A program made the translations under genes and the position numbers. A DNA stretch of 64,000 nt from Lama glama. Lineage: Eukaryota. The notes under the pieces are model-generated. The model searched no databases, was not told the DNA's origin, and saw only the letters and a list, made by a program, of their open reading frames with translations. Position 1 is the first letter of the stretch, and every line of letters starts with the position of its first letter. Below, piece by piece: positions 13,030 through 26,511 of the stretch. Location of the stretch: contig CM052818.1 of NCBI GenBank assembly GCA_028534125.1, forward strand, positions 8,000,001 to 8,064,000, given 5' to 3'.

Positions 13030-13500
13030 GCTCAAGTAAGAAAAAGAGAAGGGTTCATTAGCTTTAGGAACAAGGAGATAGTGTGACCCTAGAGAAAGCG
13101 GTTTCCATAGAAGGTGAAGATAGTGGCCAGAGGGCAGGAGTTGAATGAAATGGAGAATGTGGAGAAAACTCTTTCAAGGATCAGTTTTAAAAACGGAGAA
13201 TAGTGGTAACTGGGAGTAGAGAAAGGTTTTTGTTTTTCTACTTAAGATGTAAGTCATTTAAACATAGTAAGTTCTGGAGGGAAAGTGTGAAGTGAAGAGA
13301 GAAAGGACTCACACATGAGAGTAAAGGAGAAACCAGTTTAATTATGGCAGAACCAAGTTTTATAGAAGACAAAGAGGGAGACAAAGTGTTTATAAATGCA
13401 TTTGAAGGTGTTTAGGGCAGAACAGGGATTCTGAGGGTGCTGCAGAAAGGTCTGGCAAGGAGGATAGTAGTGGGAAATAGTGCAGGAAAGAAGAACTGAT
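13030..13500 (-). mobile_element. Degenerate L2 fragment
   Basis: Purine-rich gtgaccctagagaaagcggtttcc...gccagag...aaactctttcaagg pattern. Confidence 0.5.
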
Positions 13501-13689
13501 CGTCACTGCATAATTAACAGCCATATTTCAGATCTCTCCTCTCCTAGCATCTGAAACAGCAAATCAGAACCTTGGGTAGAAGCAGCTTCCATCATGGGGG
13601 TGTTCCAATGTCTGCCTTTCTAATTCCAAACTGTTTATGAGAATGTGTAGTTTTTAAACATCTTTTATGCTAATGACCTAGTGATTTTT

Positions 13690-15320
13690 TCCACTTTCCA
13701 TTAAAATATAAAGTACTTTGTTGACTTTCTCTATGGTATTTTTCTGAATTCATTAAATTTTTGCTATTTTTGTTTTTTTCTTCTAATTACTTTGAATGTA
13801 CTTTGCAGCGCTTTAAATGTTCTTGTTAATTTATTTTTAACAAATAAAAATTGTATATATTTAAAGTATACAATATAATGTTTTGAGATATGTATACAGT
13901 ATGAAATGATTACCACAGTCAAACTAATTGATGTATCTATCTCCCATAGTTACTTTTTTTTTTTTTTTTGGTGTTGGTGTTAACACTTGAGATCTTGAGA
14001 TCTATTCTCTTAGCAGATTTCAAGTATACAATATATTATTAACTGTAGTCACCATGCTGCACATTGGGTCTCTAGAACTTATTCATCTTGTACCTGCAAG
14101 TTTGTATGCTTTGATTAATCTCTCTCCTTTTCCCCACCCCCAGTCTCTGCCATTCCATTTACTGTTTATGAGTTTGACCTCTATTTATTTATTTTAGATT
14201 TCACATATAAGTGAGGTCATGTGATATATTGTCTTTTTGTGTCTGGCTTATTTCACTTAGCATAATGTCCTCCAGGTTTATCCATGTCATAAATGGCAGG
14301 CTTTCCTTCTTTTTAAAGGCTGAATAATAAGCCATTGTGTGGATATACACGTGCACACACACACACACACATATATCCCACATTTTTATTGTTTCTTTAT
14401 CTTGGCTACTGTGAATAGTGCTGATTTGAAGCCCTTTTTATTTTTATCTTTGTTAGGTGGACACTTAGCACAAATGGCATTTTCATCATTTTTTATTTCA
14501 AAATACTTTACATTTTTTTCCATTGACTTTTTCTTTCATGGTTATTTAGAAGTGTGTTTCTTGATATCTAACATATGGAGATTTATTTTAATTCTATTTT
14601 TGTTGTTGATTTCTAGCTTAATTATTCAGAGAATGTATTCTTTATGTTCTAAATCCCTTATTGTTCCTGAAGAATTGTTTTAGCTTATTTGATTTTTTTA
14701 ATTTCCAGGTAGAATTTGAAAAAAGTGTATATTTTACAACAATTTTTGACTTTAGTGCTCTCTGTATGCCCATTGGGATAAGTTTATTAATGTTTTTTTA
14801 AAAATCTTTTATATCTATTCCAATTTTTTTCCTGATTGTTCAATTAAGAAATAATTTGACCTTTTAGTCCTGTTAATTTTTGTTTTATTATTTTGAGGTT
14901 GTATTATTGGATGCATACTCATTACAGATTATTTTTTTCATGGTGAACTGTACCTCTATCATTTGAATTGATCCTCTATCTCTAGAGTTGCTTGAAATGC
15001 TTTTTATCTTAGTCTTTTTGTTGATTAATATTAATATTGCACCAGGCATCTTTTACTTGGTATTTTCATGATAAATCTTTTTTCCTTATTTTGAATTTTC
15101 GTGTATCCTTATATGTATTGCTTTTAAATATCACATGTTTGTTTTTTTATCCAGTCTGACAATCTGTCTTTTAGCTGGAGCATTTAATCCATTTACATTT
15201 GATATAAATATAAGTATATTTTCAGATTAATAGTTACCATATTATTTTGTGATTTTTATTGGTTCTTCTTAGTTTATTTCTTTTCCCTCCTTTCTTGCTA
15301 CCTTTGATGTTGATTAAGGT
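13690..15320 (-). mobile_element. Old L1M ORF2 5' region hosting younger insertions
   Basis: atccagtctgacaatctgtcttttagctggagcatttaatccatttacatttgatata (reverse EN domain). Confidence 0.75.
13830..14423 (-). mobile_element. L1MA8/9-type 3' end
   Basis: aaaattgtatatatttaaagtatacaatataatgttttga...atgattaccacagtcaaactaatt...ctgtagtcaccatgctg. Confidence 0.88.
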
Positions 15321-15321
15321 T

Positions 15322-15692
15322 TTAAAAGATAGACTTAATTTTTTAGAGCAGTTTTAGGTTCACAGAAAAGTTGAGCAGAAAGTACAGAAAGTTCTCATAT
15401 ATCCATTCCTCTGTCCCCCAACTGTCCCACACAAAGCTTCCTTGACCAGAATAGTACATTGGTTACAACTGATGAACCTACATTGAAACATCATCACCAA
15501 AGTCCATAGTTTACATTAGGATTTACACATTAGGTGTTAGACAGTCTCTCAGTTTTGACAAATGTATAATGATACCTATCCACTATTGTAGTATCATGTA
15601 GAATAGTTTCACTACCCTAAAAGTCCTCTGTGCTTTGCCTGTTCATTCCTCTTTCCCCCTACTCCTCCAACCCTTGGCAACTGCTGATCTTC
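15322..15692 (-). mobile_element. L1MC1/2-type 3' end
   Basis: tttttagagcagttttaggttcacagaaaagttgagcagaaagtacaga...caaagtccatagtttacattagg. Confidence 0.85.
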
Positions 15693-15711
15693 TTTTTGTG
15701 TGTGTGTGTGA

Positions 15712-16483
15712 TTTTTTTTAATTGCATTATAGTCAGTTTATAATGTGTCAATTTTTGTTGTACAGCACAATTTTTCAGTCATACATGAATATACATATAT
15801 TCAATTGCATAGTCTTTTTCACCATGAGCTAATACAAGATCTTGAATATATTTCCCTGTGCTATACAGTATAAACTTGCTTATCTATTCTATATATACCT
15901 GTCAGTATCTACAAATCTCGAACTCTCAGCCTGTCCCTTCCCACCCCCCTCCCCCTGGCAATCTGTCTGTGAATCTGTTTCTGTTTTATATTTAAGTTCT
16001 TTTTTTTTTTTTAAGATTCCATGTATGAGTGATATCGTATGGTATTTTTCTTTCTCTTTCTGACTTACTTCACGTAGAATGACATTCTCCAGGGACATCC
16101 ATGTTGCTGCAAATGGCATTATGTTGTCATTTTTATGGCTGAATAGTATTCCATCGTATAAATGTATCACAACCTCTTTATCCAATCATCTTTCGATGGA
16201 CGTTTAGGTTGTTTCCATGTCTTGGCTATTGTAAATTGTAAATAGCTGCTATGAACATTTGGGGTGCAGGTGTCTTTTTGAATTAGGGTTCCTTCTGGGT
16301 ACATGCCTAGGAGTGGGATTACTGGGTCATACGGTAAGCCAATTTTTAGTCTTTTGAGGAATCTCCATACTGTTTTCCACAATGGCTGCACCAAACTGCA
16401 TTCCCACCAACAGAGGGAGGGTTCCATTTTCTCCACAGCCTCTGTAGCATTTATCATTTGTGGACTTTTGAATGATGTGTATC
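15712..16483 (-). mobile_element. Young lineage-specific (camelid-like) L1 3' fragment
   Basis: Minus-strand ORF2 tail peptides ([54 protein letters not shown]) plus 3'UTR. Confidence 0.92.
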
Positions 16484-18762
16484 TGATAATTATAACATGT
16501 TAGCTCTTTGAATCTGTTTCTGTTTTCTATTGCTTTTTCTGGTTGTTGCTCATGATGCCATGTTTCATTATGCCATTTTAATTTCAAAAATTAATTTTGG
16601 GAAGTCTTTGGGGTCTAGAATGAAGTGTATATGCATTCCTCCAAAAGGAATTGTCTTTGCTTCTGCTACTGAAGTCATTTACCAGTTTGGAATCACTTTG
16701 GGTGAGCTACGGTTTCTCAGGAACCGGATCCTTTGCCTTTCCCTTCGCCTACCCTCTTCAGTACCAAGGCAGTTTTCTTGGAAGTTCTCTAGAGGTAAGA
16801 GAAATTGGGTGGGTTTATTTCTTGGATTTTCTGTTGAGAATGTAGCACTTAAGGGTTCAAGATTTACTGTGGGGATGGTTGTCTATTAGACTCCCTGCCT
16901 TGGGCAGGCCTAGACTGTCTTTTTCCCTCTTGAATTTGAACACTGTATTACTTTTTGGCTCTGAGTTCATGTTCAAGGCTCTGGATTATCTATTATCACA
17001 TCACTTATCCATAAAAATCTTCTGTTTAGCATTTTCCACTTTTATTTTATTCTGTGGGAAGAACAGGAACAAATGTCACCCTCATCTCTTCTTTTTGCTC
17101 GGCTAATTATGGGCCAAGCCTTTCACAACATCCTCTCTCATTTTTCTGCTTCACTGGACATAGTATCCCACAAGGTTTTAGTAGCTTATTATGTCTTGAG
17201 GTTCTAGGTTAGGCTTAGAATCCTGAGAGCTACTGGTCTCAGAATCTTAGGAGACTTTATTATCAGAGTTTGGCCACCAGGATCATTGGAACTCTGGACC
17301 AGTATAGCGGAAAGATTTTAGTAAGTTTATTTAAGTCTGAAAAAGTTTTCAAACCATAGCCACATTTGAGCCCTTCATAGAGCCTAGTTCTCATGACAAG
17401 TAATAATAATCTTATCAATATGTTGGAAGCAACCAGAGGAGCTGGAGGAGCAAACTTGTGCAGACTGTTGTCCCTTTTTTTTTTTTTTGGCCATGGAGGT
17501 GTCATATGCTTGCATACTTTGAGCTTCTAGGGAATATAAGGTGTTCCATAAACATTTGAATGTTTCTAGGTTGATCTAAACTGTACTTGATATTGTGGGA
17601 TTGTTCTTATGTTCAGGTTTTGACAAATTAGATAAATGATATCTGTCAGCTATGGGAAAAGTAAAAAACAAAGATGAAATGTTCAAAGATGAAAAAAGAA
17701 AGGTGGATTATCTTAGAGTGGACTTGAGATAAGAAAATGTGTGGTTGGGAAATAGACATTATCCAAAGATTGGATTGTGTACCTCTGCTGTTCAAGTGGA
17801 GAACCGGGACTAATTTTCAATTTGGAGTGAAGCCCTCCGTTTTCATCTCTCTCCTCCCCACCCCGCCACACATTCACACTATCTACTATTCTAAGCCAAA
17901 GTGTATTTAGCGCTGTCCTGGCTTTTGATACTGGAGGTTCCCAAGTTGGAGAACTGGTATACTTACCAGCCAGGGAATTCTGTAATCTCCAACCATGTGC
18001 TTTGCTGCTAGAAAGGAATAGGCTTGGTTCTCCCAAGTGTGCATACTAGATCTAATATCTTTGGTAGGGCCTTAGAGGACCTTTCTGTTCCACCTGGGTT
18101 TGCCTTTCTCTCCCTCCAGCTTGCCTAGGAATGCTTGATTTCAACTACATGAAGGCAACGTGGATTATAGTAATTCATGTGAAAAATTTATCACTTATGT
18201 TTGATTACCATGTAGAACAGTAACGATGACTTCTAATCATCTTGACATTATTAAATGGTTAATATTGTAAATTTTGTACAGTTACCGTATTTTATCACTC
18301 ATGGATACACACTTAAAGAAGTTGTTGCTCAACACTATAAAAGGAACATTAATTTTTAAAAATTTAGTAATTATTTTCTGAGGAAACTACAGTCTTATGT
18401 CTTCCTTATTCACAGCGAAATAGTATTTAAAGTGTGGTTCTGGGTGGAGAGCAGGAACAGAAGCCCCTGTTGCTCTCAGGAAGCCAGAGGAGTGGAGAGA
18501 AGAAAGGAAGATGTATCATTCATTGCCTTTGCCTCAAAGAGGCCACTCATCATTCTCATTTTCTCTGTTAATTTTGGCATTGAAACACATTCTAGATTTT
18601 AAATTGTAAGTTTTTATTGAAATAATATGAGTCAGTTTGAGCACATTTGAAATACGTATTTTCCAAGCTGAGAGCTGAAGTCAGGGCACATTTAGAACAT
18701 TTAAATAGATCTCTATTTACTATGTCTGCAAGTCTGTTTCTGTTTTGTAGATGAGTTCAACT

Positions 18763-19006
18763 GGTTACGGGGGGAAAGGAGGTGGGAAGTGATAAATTTG
18801 AGAGTTTGACATTTGCAAATGATTACCACTATATATAAAAATAGATAAAAACCAAATTTCTTCTGTATAGCACAGGGAACTATATTCAATATCTTGTAAT
18901 AACCTTTAATGAAAAAGAATATGAAAATGAATATATGTATGTATGCATGACTGGGACATTATGCTATACATCAGAAACTGACACATTGACTATACTTCAA
19001 TTAAAA
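18763..19006 (+). mobile_element. Camelid-like L1 3'UTR end
   Basis: ctgtatagcacagggaactatattcaatatcttgtaataacc...tgactgggacattatgctatacatcagaaactgacacattgactatacttcaatt. Confidence 0.9.
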
Positions 19007-19713
19007 TCACTATTAAAATCTAAAATATTACTTCATGTCAAACTATTAAACTTTTATAAGTCAAACAATGATAAGTTAAAGTTTGAATGGTTGTAGTATG
19101 ATGGTGTAATGAGGGTGACGGTAGTGGTTTTTGTTTTAAATACCAAGAAAGCTTTACTAAATTTGTATGATTATCACCTATTAAACACTAGGTGGTGCAG
19201 TTGTGTAAGGACCATATAATGAGGTATGCTGAGGGGTTTTTTTTTATTATTTTTATGGGAGGCAGGAGGATGAAATTAAAATTCTGACTTGAGGAAACTC
19301 TTTGGAAATGAGAGTTCTCAAAATATTGAAATGGATGAATCTTGCTCTTTTATTAATTGTCCTGGGATTCAAAAGGGAGCCTGCTTGTGATTTAGCCAAC
19401 AAAGTTCTCAAAGTATTTGTACACTGTTTATATTGCATTTTAAGCTCAACTACAGAAGGGAAAAACCCCCACAATAAACAGAAAAAACTAATCCAACTTG
19501 GCTTTCTATAAATATTTAAATATTGAACTGTTCTATGACTGCAATTAGACAGGCTTACCCTCTACTATTTAAAATCATTCTAAAATGCTGTAGGATTTGA
19601 ACAATTATGTGTAATATTATATTCCATCATATCAAGTGATTGTTGATCAGTTAAAACTAGAAAAGTAGCTTTCTTCTTGGCATGTTTTGTCTTTCATCCA
19701 CTTTTCAAAAAAA

Positions 19714-19985
19714 ATTGTAGTCAGTTACAGTGTGTCAATTTCTGGTGTTCAGCACAATGTCCCCGTCATGCATATACATACATATATTTGTTTTCATATT
19801 CTTTTTTTATTAAAGGTTATTACAAGATATTGAATATAGTTCCCTGTGCTATACAGAAGAAATTTTGTTTTAAACATATTTTGTATGTAGTTGCTAACAT
19901 TTGCAAATCTCAAACTCCCAAATTTATCCCTTCCCCATCCCCTTTAACCCTATAACCATAAGATTGTTTACTGTGTCTGTGAGCC
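19714..19985 (-). mobile_element. Camelid-like L1 3'UTR end with target-site duplication
   Basis: Reverse copy of the same 3'UTR. atccacttt(t)caaaaaaa is duplicated at ~19696 and ~19990. Confidence 0.9.
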
Positions 19986-21132
19986 TTTTATCCACTTTCA
20001 AAAAAACCCTTGCATTCCTGTGTAAGTTCAGGTCATTAGATTATCAAATTGAAGCTGTGGTTTCTGAAATGAAAAATAATTGTTGACTTACTTGTATGTT
20101 AAAGAGAAGATTTCCATACAGATAATTATTTAAACCCTTAAGTCTTAATTCTGAAAGTTTTTTTTTCCCTTTTTAATTTCTTTTCCAATTTGAGATACAG
20201 TTCTTTTAGAAATTAAAAAAAGTCATTTATGCCTTCCAGCAATTTAGTGAATAATGTTGTTTCAGTTACATTCATATTTAAACGTCTTTTGATATCTTGG
20301 AATCACACAGTGAAACTATTTTACTATTTTAAAACACTGATAATCACAGAAAAATCAGAATCAATTTAAGTATTTCAGTAGGCTGTCATAACTGATAGCA
20401 TTAAACAAACTATATGTGCATTTTTATGTGATGTTTTTCTGTGAATCCTATATCCTCTATCAGACATAGTTATATAGAACTAATTGTACATTTCCCCAAA
20501 ATAATGGAACAACATACTTTAAATTATTTAAAAATTTATTTTCCACATACAAACAACTAAACAAAAATTAGAAGATTTTTAGAAAGTTAGATTTATGTTT
20601 CATGAAATTCTTTCCCTGTAACGTTTATACTGTTTCTCAAGTCTACCACTTTTAGTATTTTTCTTTTGAATCTTTGATATTTCTATTTGGAGATAATACT
20701 GTTTCATTACATATGAATAAATTATATATTATACATTCATTTCAGAATATGTTCAAGCTTCTTTATGTTGTATAATACCAGGTAGGCTGTTATCAATAAT
20801 CAGCAGAGAAGGTTCGAAAGCAAGTCATTTTCTTTCTGTTTGTGCAACCGGAATATATGTGGCACAAACTCACAGATGCGTACAATTCATAGATAGTTGG
20901 GGATTATTGTAAATCCAAGCAGTTGGGCCATGGCTTATTTGATGATACATATTTTTTATTTTAAGTCTATTTTCAGTCCCCTTTGACACTTTTGGAATGT
21001 AATGTAATTAATATTTTATTTAAACAATGTAGATTTAGTTTTTGATTAACACAAACCAGTTTTAGATAGCAAGTTATGGAAACAATTTGTGGAATTGAAA
21101 AATCACTATTTTATAGTAGTTAGCAGCCTTTA

Positions 21133-21412
21133 GAAAATGACTTGCTGCTCTTGGAGATATATTCGTTATTGCAGTTGTCACTATTTAATGGCACCCATGT
21201 TAGCTACATTAGCCAGGGGGCTGAATAGCCATGAAAATGGGAGTAACCTCTGACCTCAGAAATTGTTCTTTTAAAAGAGGATTGAAACATTGGTGATAGG
21301 AAATTTGAATTGCTTCCTCAGCTGCAGTGTTTGTTCTGTGAATATTTAATTTAGTTTAGAGCTATACTTGTTCTTCCCAATCTGTCAGTCTTTCAGAAGC
21401 ATCAGATTTACT
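21133..21412 (+). mobile_element. LF-SINE (LFSINE_Vert) relic
   Basis: Colinear blocks matching the recalled LF-SINE consensus: tggcacccatgttagc, ctgaatagccatg, cctctgacctcaga, ggattgaaacattgg, tgttctgtgaata, caatctgtcagtctttcagaagcatcagatttact. Confidence 0.75.
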
Positions 21413-24400
21413 TCAGGAATTAAAAAAAAAAAACTTCCTTCCCAGGCCTGTATTATTTATTGAACGTGGTATTCAGGCTTCAAACAGTTTGATTTAGGTA
21501 ATACATATAGTCTTAAGAATGGGAATCCTCACATTTGACATGCTCTGTTAAGTATATAGCTCATCAGACCCCGTCCAAGATATTGCTATGCAGCCACTTA
21601 TTTTGGATAATCCTTTTAATGACTGGAACTCAACTTCTTAGCTATCTAGAAGGCTGTTAGAGTGTGGAGATATATGCACGGGTGCCGGGGTATGTATCTT
21701 TATTATTGATGTATAAATATGTGTATGTTTATATATACACACACACAAACATTATATAAGTCTGTTAAGGTTTTATAAATAATTTGGACTTTGTATTATA
21801 TGTGTACTTTTTTTTAAAGATATTTATTTAGATATTTGAAAGATAACTGTGCAGGCCTTATGTTTGATGCATGGGAACTTACACATGGACTACTCATTAG
21901 GGTAATGGGATTGTTATGGCTAATTCTCATGTGCCGATCAAAAATTTAGCCCAAAGAGAGTTGAAAGTGATGTTAAAAAAAAAAATCAAGTTAGTAAGTT
22001 AGTATGTGGTTTCATTAGTTTGAAGTTATTAACTAGTATAGCTTTTACTCCACTCTTCTCCCCTTACTTTTAAGCATTTAATAATGCGTTTGTCAGAGAA
22101 TGAGGGAGAAGGAAAGGGCAGAAACCCAATCAATCGCTGCTTTAATACCAACTGAGACAACACAGAAACTTTTACTATGTATTTTAATACTTGCTCCTCT
22201 ATTTTTCATAATGCTAAGATGATTTTGGAAAAAAACAAACATTACGGTAAAAAAAACAGTATGAAAGTAATTTTTCACGTGAAAGAAATAAGTTTTTTCA
22301 ACACTATACTATGTAGAATAATATGAAGTTAAAAAACTGTATGATTGTAACTTACTCTATTACACACTGTATTGAATTATAAATCCTGACAGTAAGAACT
22401 GTTCACATACAGTTTGGAAAAATCAAAGTATTACTGAAACTCATTTGAGTTAAAGCTTATTAAGCCAAAATGGGATCAATTAAAAATTGAAATACAGAAT
22501 TTAACCATGTTTTAATTGGGAAAATATGTACTAGATGTAGTTCTAGCTTACTTCTTTTCTGCATTTCATACTGAACATAAGCAATCTCGTATAGCGACAT
22601 GATTACTAGAATATATAATACAGAGCACACTCTCACACATTTTGTGGTTTACCATTAGCATTTCTTTATGTTTGAAGGGTTAGGGCTGTGTCTTGCAAGC
22701 ACCAAGTTCATTCCTTAGCCAAACCGTAAGAGGGGGCTTCCATACCGACAGGCTGCTCTTTCTACTCTCTTTGCCTGAACAGTGTACATAATTATTTGCT
22801 CTGAATTATTATTTTATATAATGAATTTTTTTAATTCCATACCTTCTTTCAATTTATCAATTTGTTTGCACTAGCTGTTAATACTGACTTTATAAGAGTT
22901 TAAATAACCTACTCATAGAAGAAAAAAATATTTTGATGTTCTAGAAGAATGTTAACAGAGGCCAAATAAATGTCTGTCTCATTATAAAAATAATTAGTAA
23001 ATTAAATACTATTTCTTAATATTAGAAAACTTGTTTCTGTCTCGAATAGAATCGTGCAGACCATCTGCAAGTCATCTTTTAATCATGATTCAGAAAACAA
23101 TTTCTATATGGCTCTTTAAAGTCTAGTTTTTAAAAATTTAATTGCTTTTCAAAGTCATTACAAAGCTCCTAGAACATAACCTTTTAATAAAATATCTTGC
23201 TTCTATTTAGAATACCAATGAGAATGATGAAATTGGACTACCTATTCATTTTATCTATAAATTAATTGATAATTATCAGAATTTTTGTTTCAGATTTTTG
23301 CATTTGCCTACAGATAATTGTTCAACTACTACAAAGAAAGGTACCACTAAAAAAATATGATAATACTCAGAGTAATCAGAGTTTAACCAGAATTTTTTTT
23401 TGACCGCCGCTTGTGGAGCAGACCTCATTCAGCATACTGTTTATTCTGTGTGTTACAGAAGCTTTGGTAGTGCTAAAGAATTCAGTTGGAGTTCACCTTG
23501 TAATATCTGTATAATTTTTACTTCAAATGAAAAGAGGGGCTTTAGTTGTCAAAAAATTAGCCAGACTGCAATGAGATAATATAGTTTTATAAATAGGTAT
23601 AAATTGTGGGTTTATTATAGAGGAAAATACAAATTAACTTTTAAAAATTAATAATTTAATTGCATATATTTAGGAAATGTTTTACATTTGATCAAATGCA
23701 GTTTTTGCTAAAATAGGTTTCCTTGAAATATTTTAGCACCAGATGTTCAAACAATATTCTTTAATAGTTTACTAAAAGCTGTAGGAGATTTGGATTCAAG
23801 AATTGCAAAGGAGAAAATTGGGAAAAGTCTGAGAAAGACACCAGCCCATGAATTCTAATGACTAGCACTGTATTGTTTTGGAAATATCTTCACTAACCAC
23901 AGATAGTGGTTGCATCTCCTCGCCTCATGCGATTTTTTTAGAAAAAAAATAAAAGTAACTGATTTCTGTAGATAAATAATTTATTTATCTTAAATGTTCC
24001 TTCATTAGAATTGATAGGATTCTGACTCTGAGAACCATTAGACAGTGAAATTCTATCAGGCTAGTTCATCTTTTCTGCTAGTTTTATTACTTTAAAAAAT
24101 GTAAACCTTCATAATTGCTGAGTTCCTGTCAGTTTGAAAATACCTGTCAAAATAATATATACTTTAAAAATATTTTTCTAGAATGAGTGTTTTTAAAGGA
24201 GGTGTTGATACTAGTGACTTTTATTCATATTGAACTATAAAGAAAATGTACAGAATGATGTACTGTATTTAAAGCAGACTTGTGTTAGTAATATATGCTA
24301 AAATTGTTGGGGTATGAAAGTCATCTTCTTGGCTGGATGACTTTGCTTGTATGAATTTCTTTCCCTTTGAATACCCAAAGCAATTTGTCAAAAGCATTTT

Positions 24401-24659
24401 TTTTCTTTTGAAATCATGGTTTAAAATATTTTAAAATGATAAAAGCTCTAAACTCAGATTACAGCATCTTAATTCTATAGGATAGTCACCTTTCTTTTAC
24501 TTTTCTATACCAGCATATTAATGAATCAGTTCATATGTAATGAGTCAATTTTTGTTTTGATATCTTAGTTGAGATTCTATAAATCTAATTTTGTAATTTC
24601 ACATGTTATATTAAAAAATGTTGCTAACAATAATTTATAAATACTTAGTCATATATAAT

Positions 24660-24745
24660 TGAGGGATTGACTGTAGATTACTTGTTTAAGACAGGGGCCT
24701 GGACTGTATGACTCTTGAGATTCCTTTCTAGCATTTTGAACTGTA
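24660..24745 (+). mobile_element. CR1/L3 or MIR3 3' tail
   Basis: ggcctggactgtatgactcttgagattcctttctagc resembles the shared ggactagatgacctctaaggtcccttccagc terminus. Confidence 0.55.
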
Positions 24746-24911
24746 CTTTTATAATTGAGATCATGTTCTTTGAAATTTAAGCCTATTATGACCTATCTGA
24801 AATTAAAAAAAAATTTTTTTTCTTAGCCTAGTATAGGGTGATTATAAATTTATTAGACTCATATTTTGCCATTGGGAGACTTGATGTTCTTTTTTAGCAG
24901 AGTTTAGGCAG

Positions 24912-26510
24912 TCATTCATTTATTTAACAACAAATATTTATAAAAACATCTAACATGTTCTATAAGAGTGAATAAGTTACCTATCATTGCTTAAGTTGCT
25001 TAAATTCTGGTGGGGAAAACAGATAGGTAAATGGATAATGAAAATTTAAATACATAAGTTAATGAGTGCTGTAATTAGGGAAGGAAGAAGTACTCTGAAA
25101 GTACCTGTGATGGAATTAGGTTTGGCCATCTAAGCAAATCTTAATGGGGCCTAGTGTTGGGGAAAGCTTCCTGGAGAAAGTTTTGGCTAACCTGAGGCCT
25201 GGCATGTGTAAGGTTAGCCGGGCAAAATGTTGGAAGGGAGGGGGAAGTGGGGATAGTTAAGTGTGTTTCACAGCAAAAAGGAGCTAGAGAAGTTGGTATG
25301 ACTTACAGGATTCCAGGACTTCAGTGTTCAGATATGAAGCTAGAGCCACGAGTAAGGACCATGACATGGTCTGTGTATCATTGGAATTTCATCCTCAGCG
25401 CAATGCAAAGTCATTAGGGCTTTTCATGTGATTGTTGTTACTGTTGGTAAGATTGCACTGGCAGCAGTGTGGAGAAAGGATTGGAAGGAGTCAGATTAGA
25501 GGCAGGGATACAAAGTGAGGACTTACTGAGTAATTGTTTGAGATGTGTTGGAGTCATAAACTTCTTTGGTGGCAATAGAGTTGGAGAGAACTAGATGAAT
25601 TTATGAAATATTTAACTTGTAACAGCAACAGAGTTGGTGATTATCAGAATGTAAAGGCTTGTGGAAGAAAGGCTTGTGCAGTAAAGGTGACCAAGTTTCT
25701 GATTTAGGTAACTAGGTGGATGTTGCTTCCATTCAGTGTGATTGGAAACATGGAAGAAGTCTGAAAGGGAAGAATATGACTTTAGTTATTGAAATGGTGA
25801 ACTTAAAGTTGATGTGGAATATTGTGTGGAGATGGCCAGTAAAAGTTGACTATATTAGCCAGATGTTCAGGAGAGGATTGAGGACTAGTGACTAAGAGTC
25901 ATCAGCATATATGTAGTAAGTGGAGTAGATATGATGTTTTTAAGGGAGGGTAGAAAGAGAATAAAGGAGGATCCTGAATAGGACCCTGGAGGACCCAACG
26001 TTTAAGAGATGGTCAGAGGAAGAAGAGCCAGTGAAAAATACTGAGAAGAAGATCCTGGAGAAAGATAGTAGGAGAATGACGAGTGCAGTGTCACTGAAAC
26101 CAAAGGATTGAAGTCATTTTAAAAAGTATCAGGTAGTTAGAATAGAAACAGAGTAGAAAATGTACACTATGTGAGAGATACAGATTAAGTGCTGAGTGAT
26201 TTCAGATGAAGAAAAGGTTTCTGACTAGGCATCAGGAATGCTTCATGGAGAGGTATCATCTGAAAAGCACATTAAAGAAGCTACTGAGTGAGAAGAAATA
26301 TATTCCAGGTAAATGAGGCAGCATCAGAAAAGGTAGGAAAGTATAAGGCTATAGAGGTAACAAGTTGTATGCCAGCTAGAGACAGTTTTAGTTCTTGTGT
26401 TAGAGATAAGACTAGAAAGGTGGAGGGAAGTGATTATGAAGGCCTTGATTGCCATCCTAAAGGTCTGTGCTCTTGGCAATAGGAAGCCATAGGCAGACTA
26501 AATAGAGGGA
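24912..26510 (-). mobile_element. L2 (long, partly composite)
   Basis: Starts cattcatttatttaacaacaaatattta (reverse L2 3' end); later gcactggcagcagtgtggagaaaggattgga and gagtcatcagcatat. Confidence 0.85.
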
Positions 26511-26511
26511 T

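Noticed and set aside
17220..18100. Unique sequence with 80-107 aa ORFs, considered as a processed pseudogene
   Set aside because: No recognisable protein in the frames examined and no polyA/TSD structure.
23294..23340. Tandem acceptors followed by AAG/GTACCA
   Set aside because: Weak donor and no similarity to WDPCP coding sequence.
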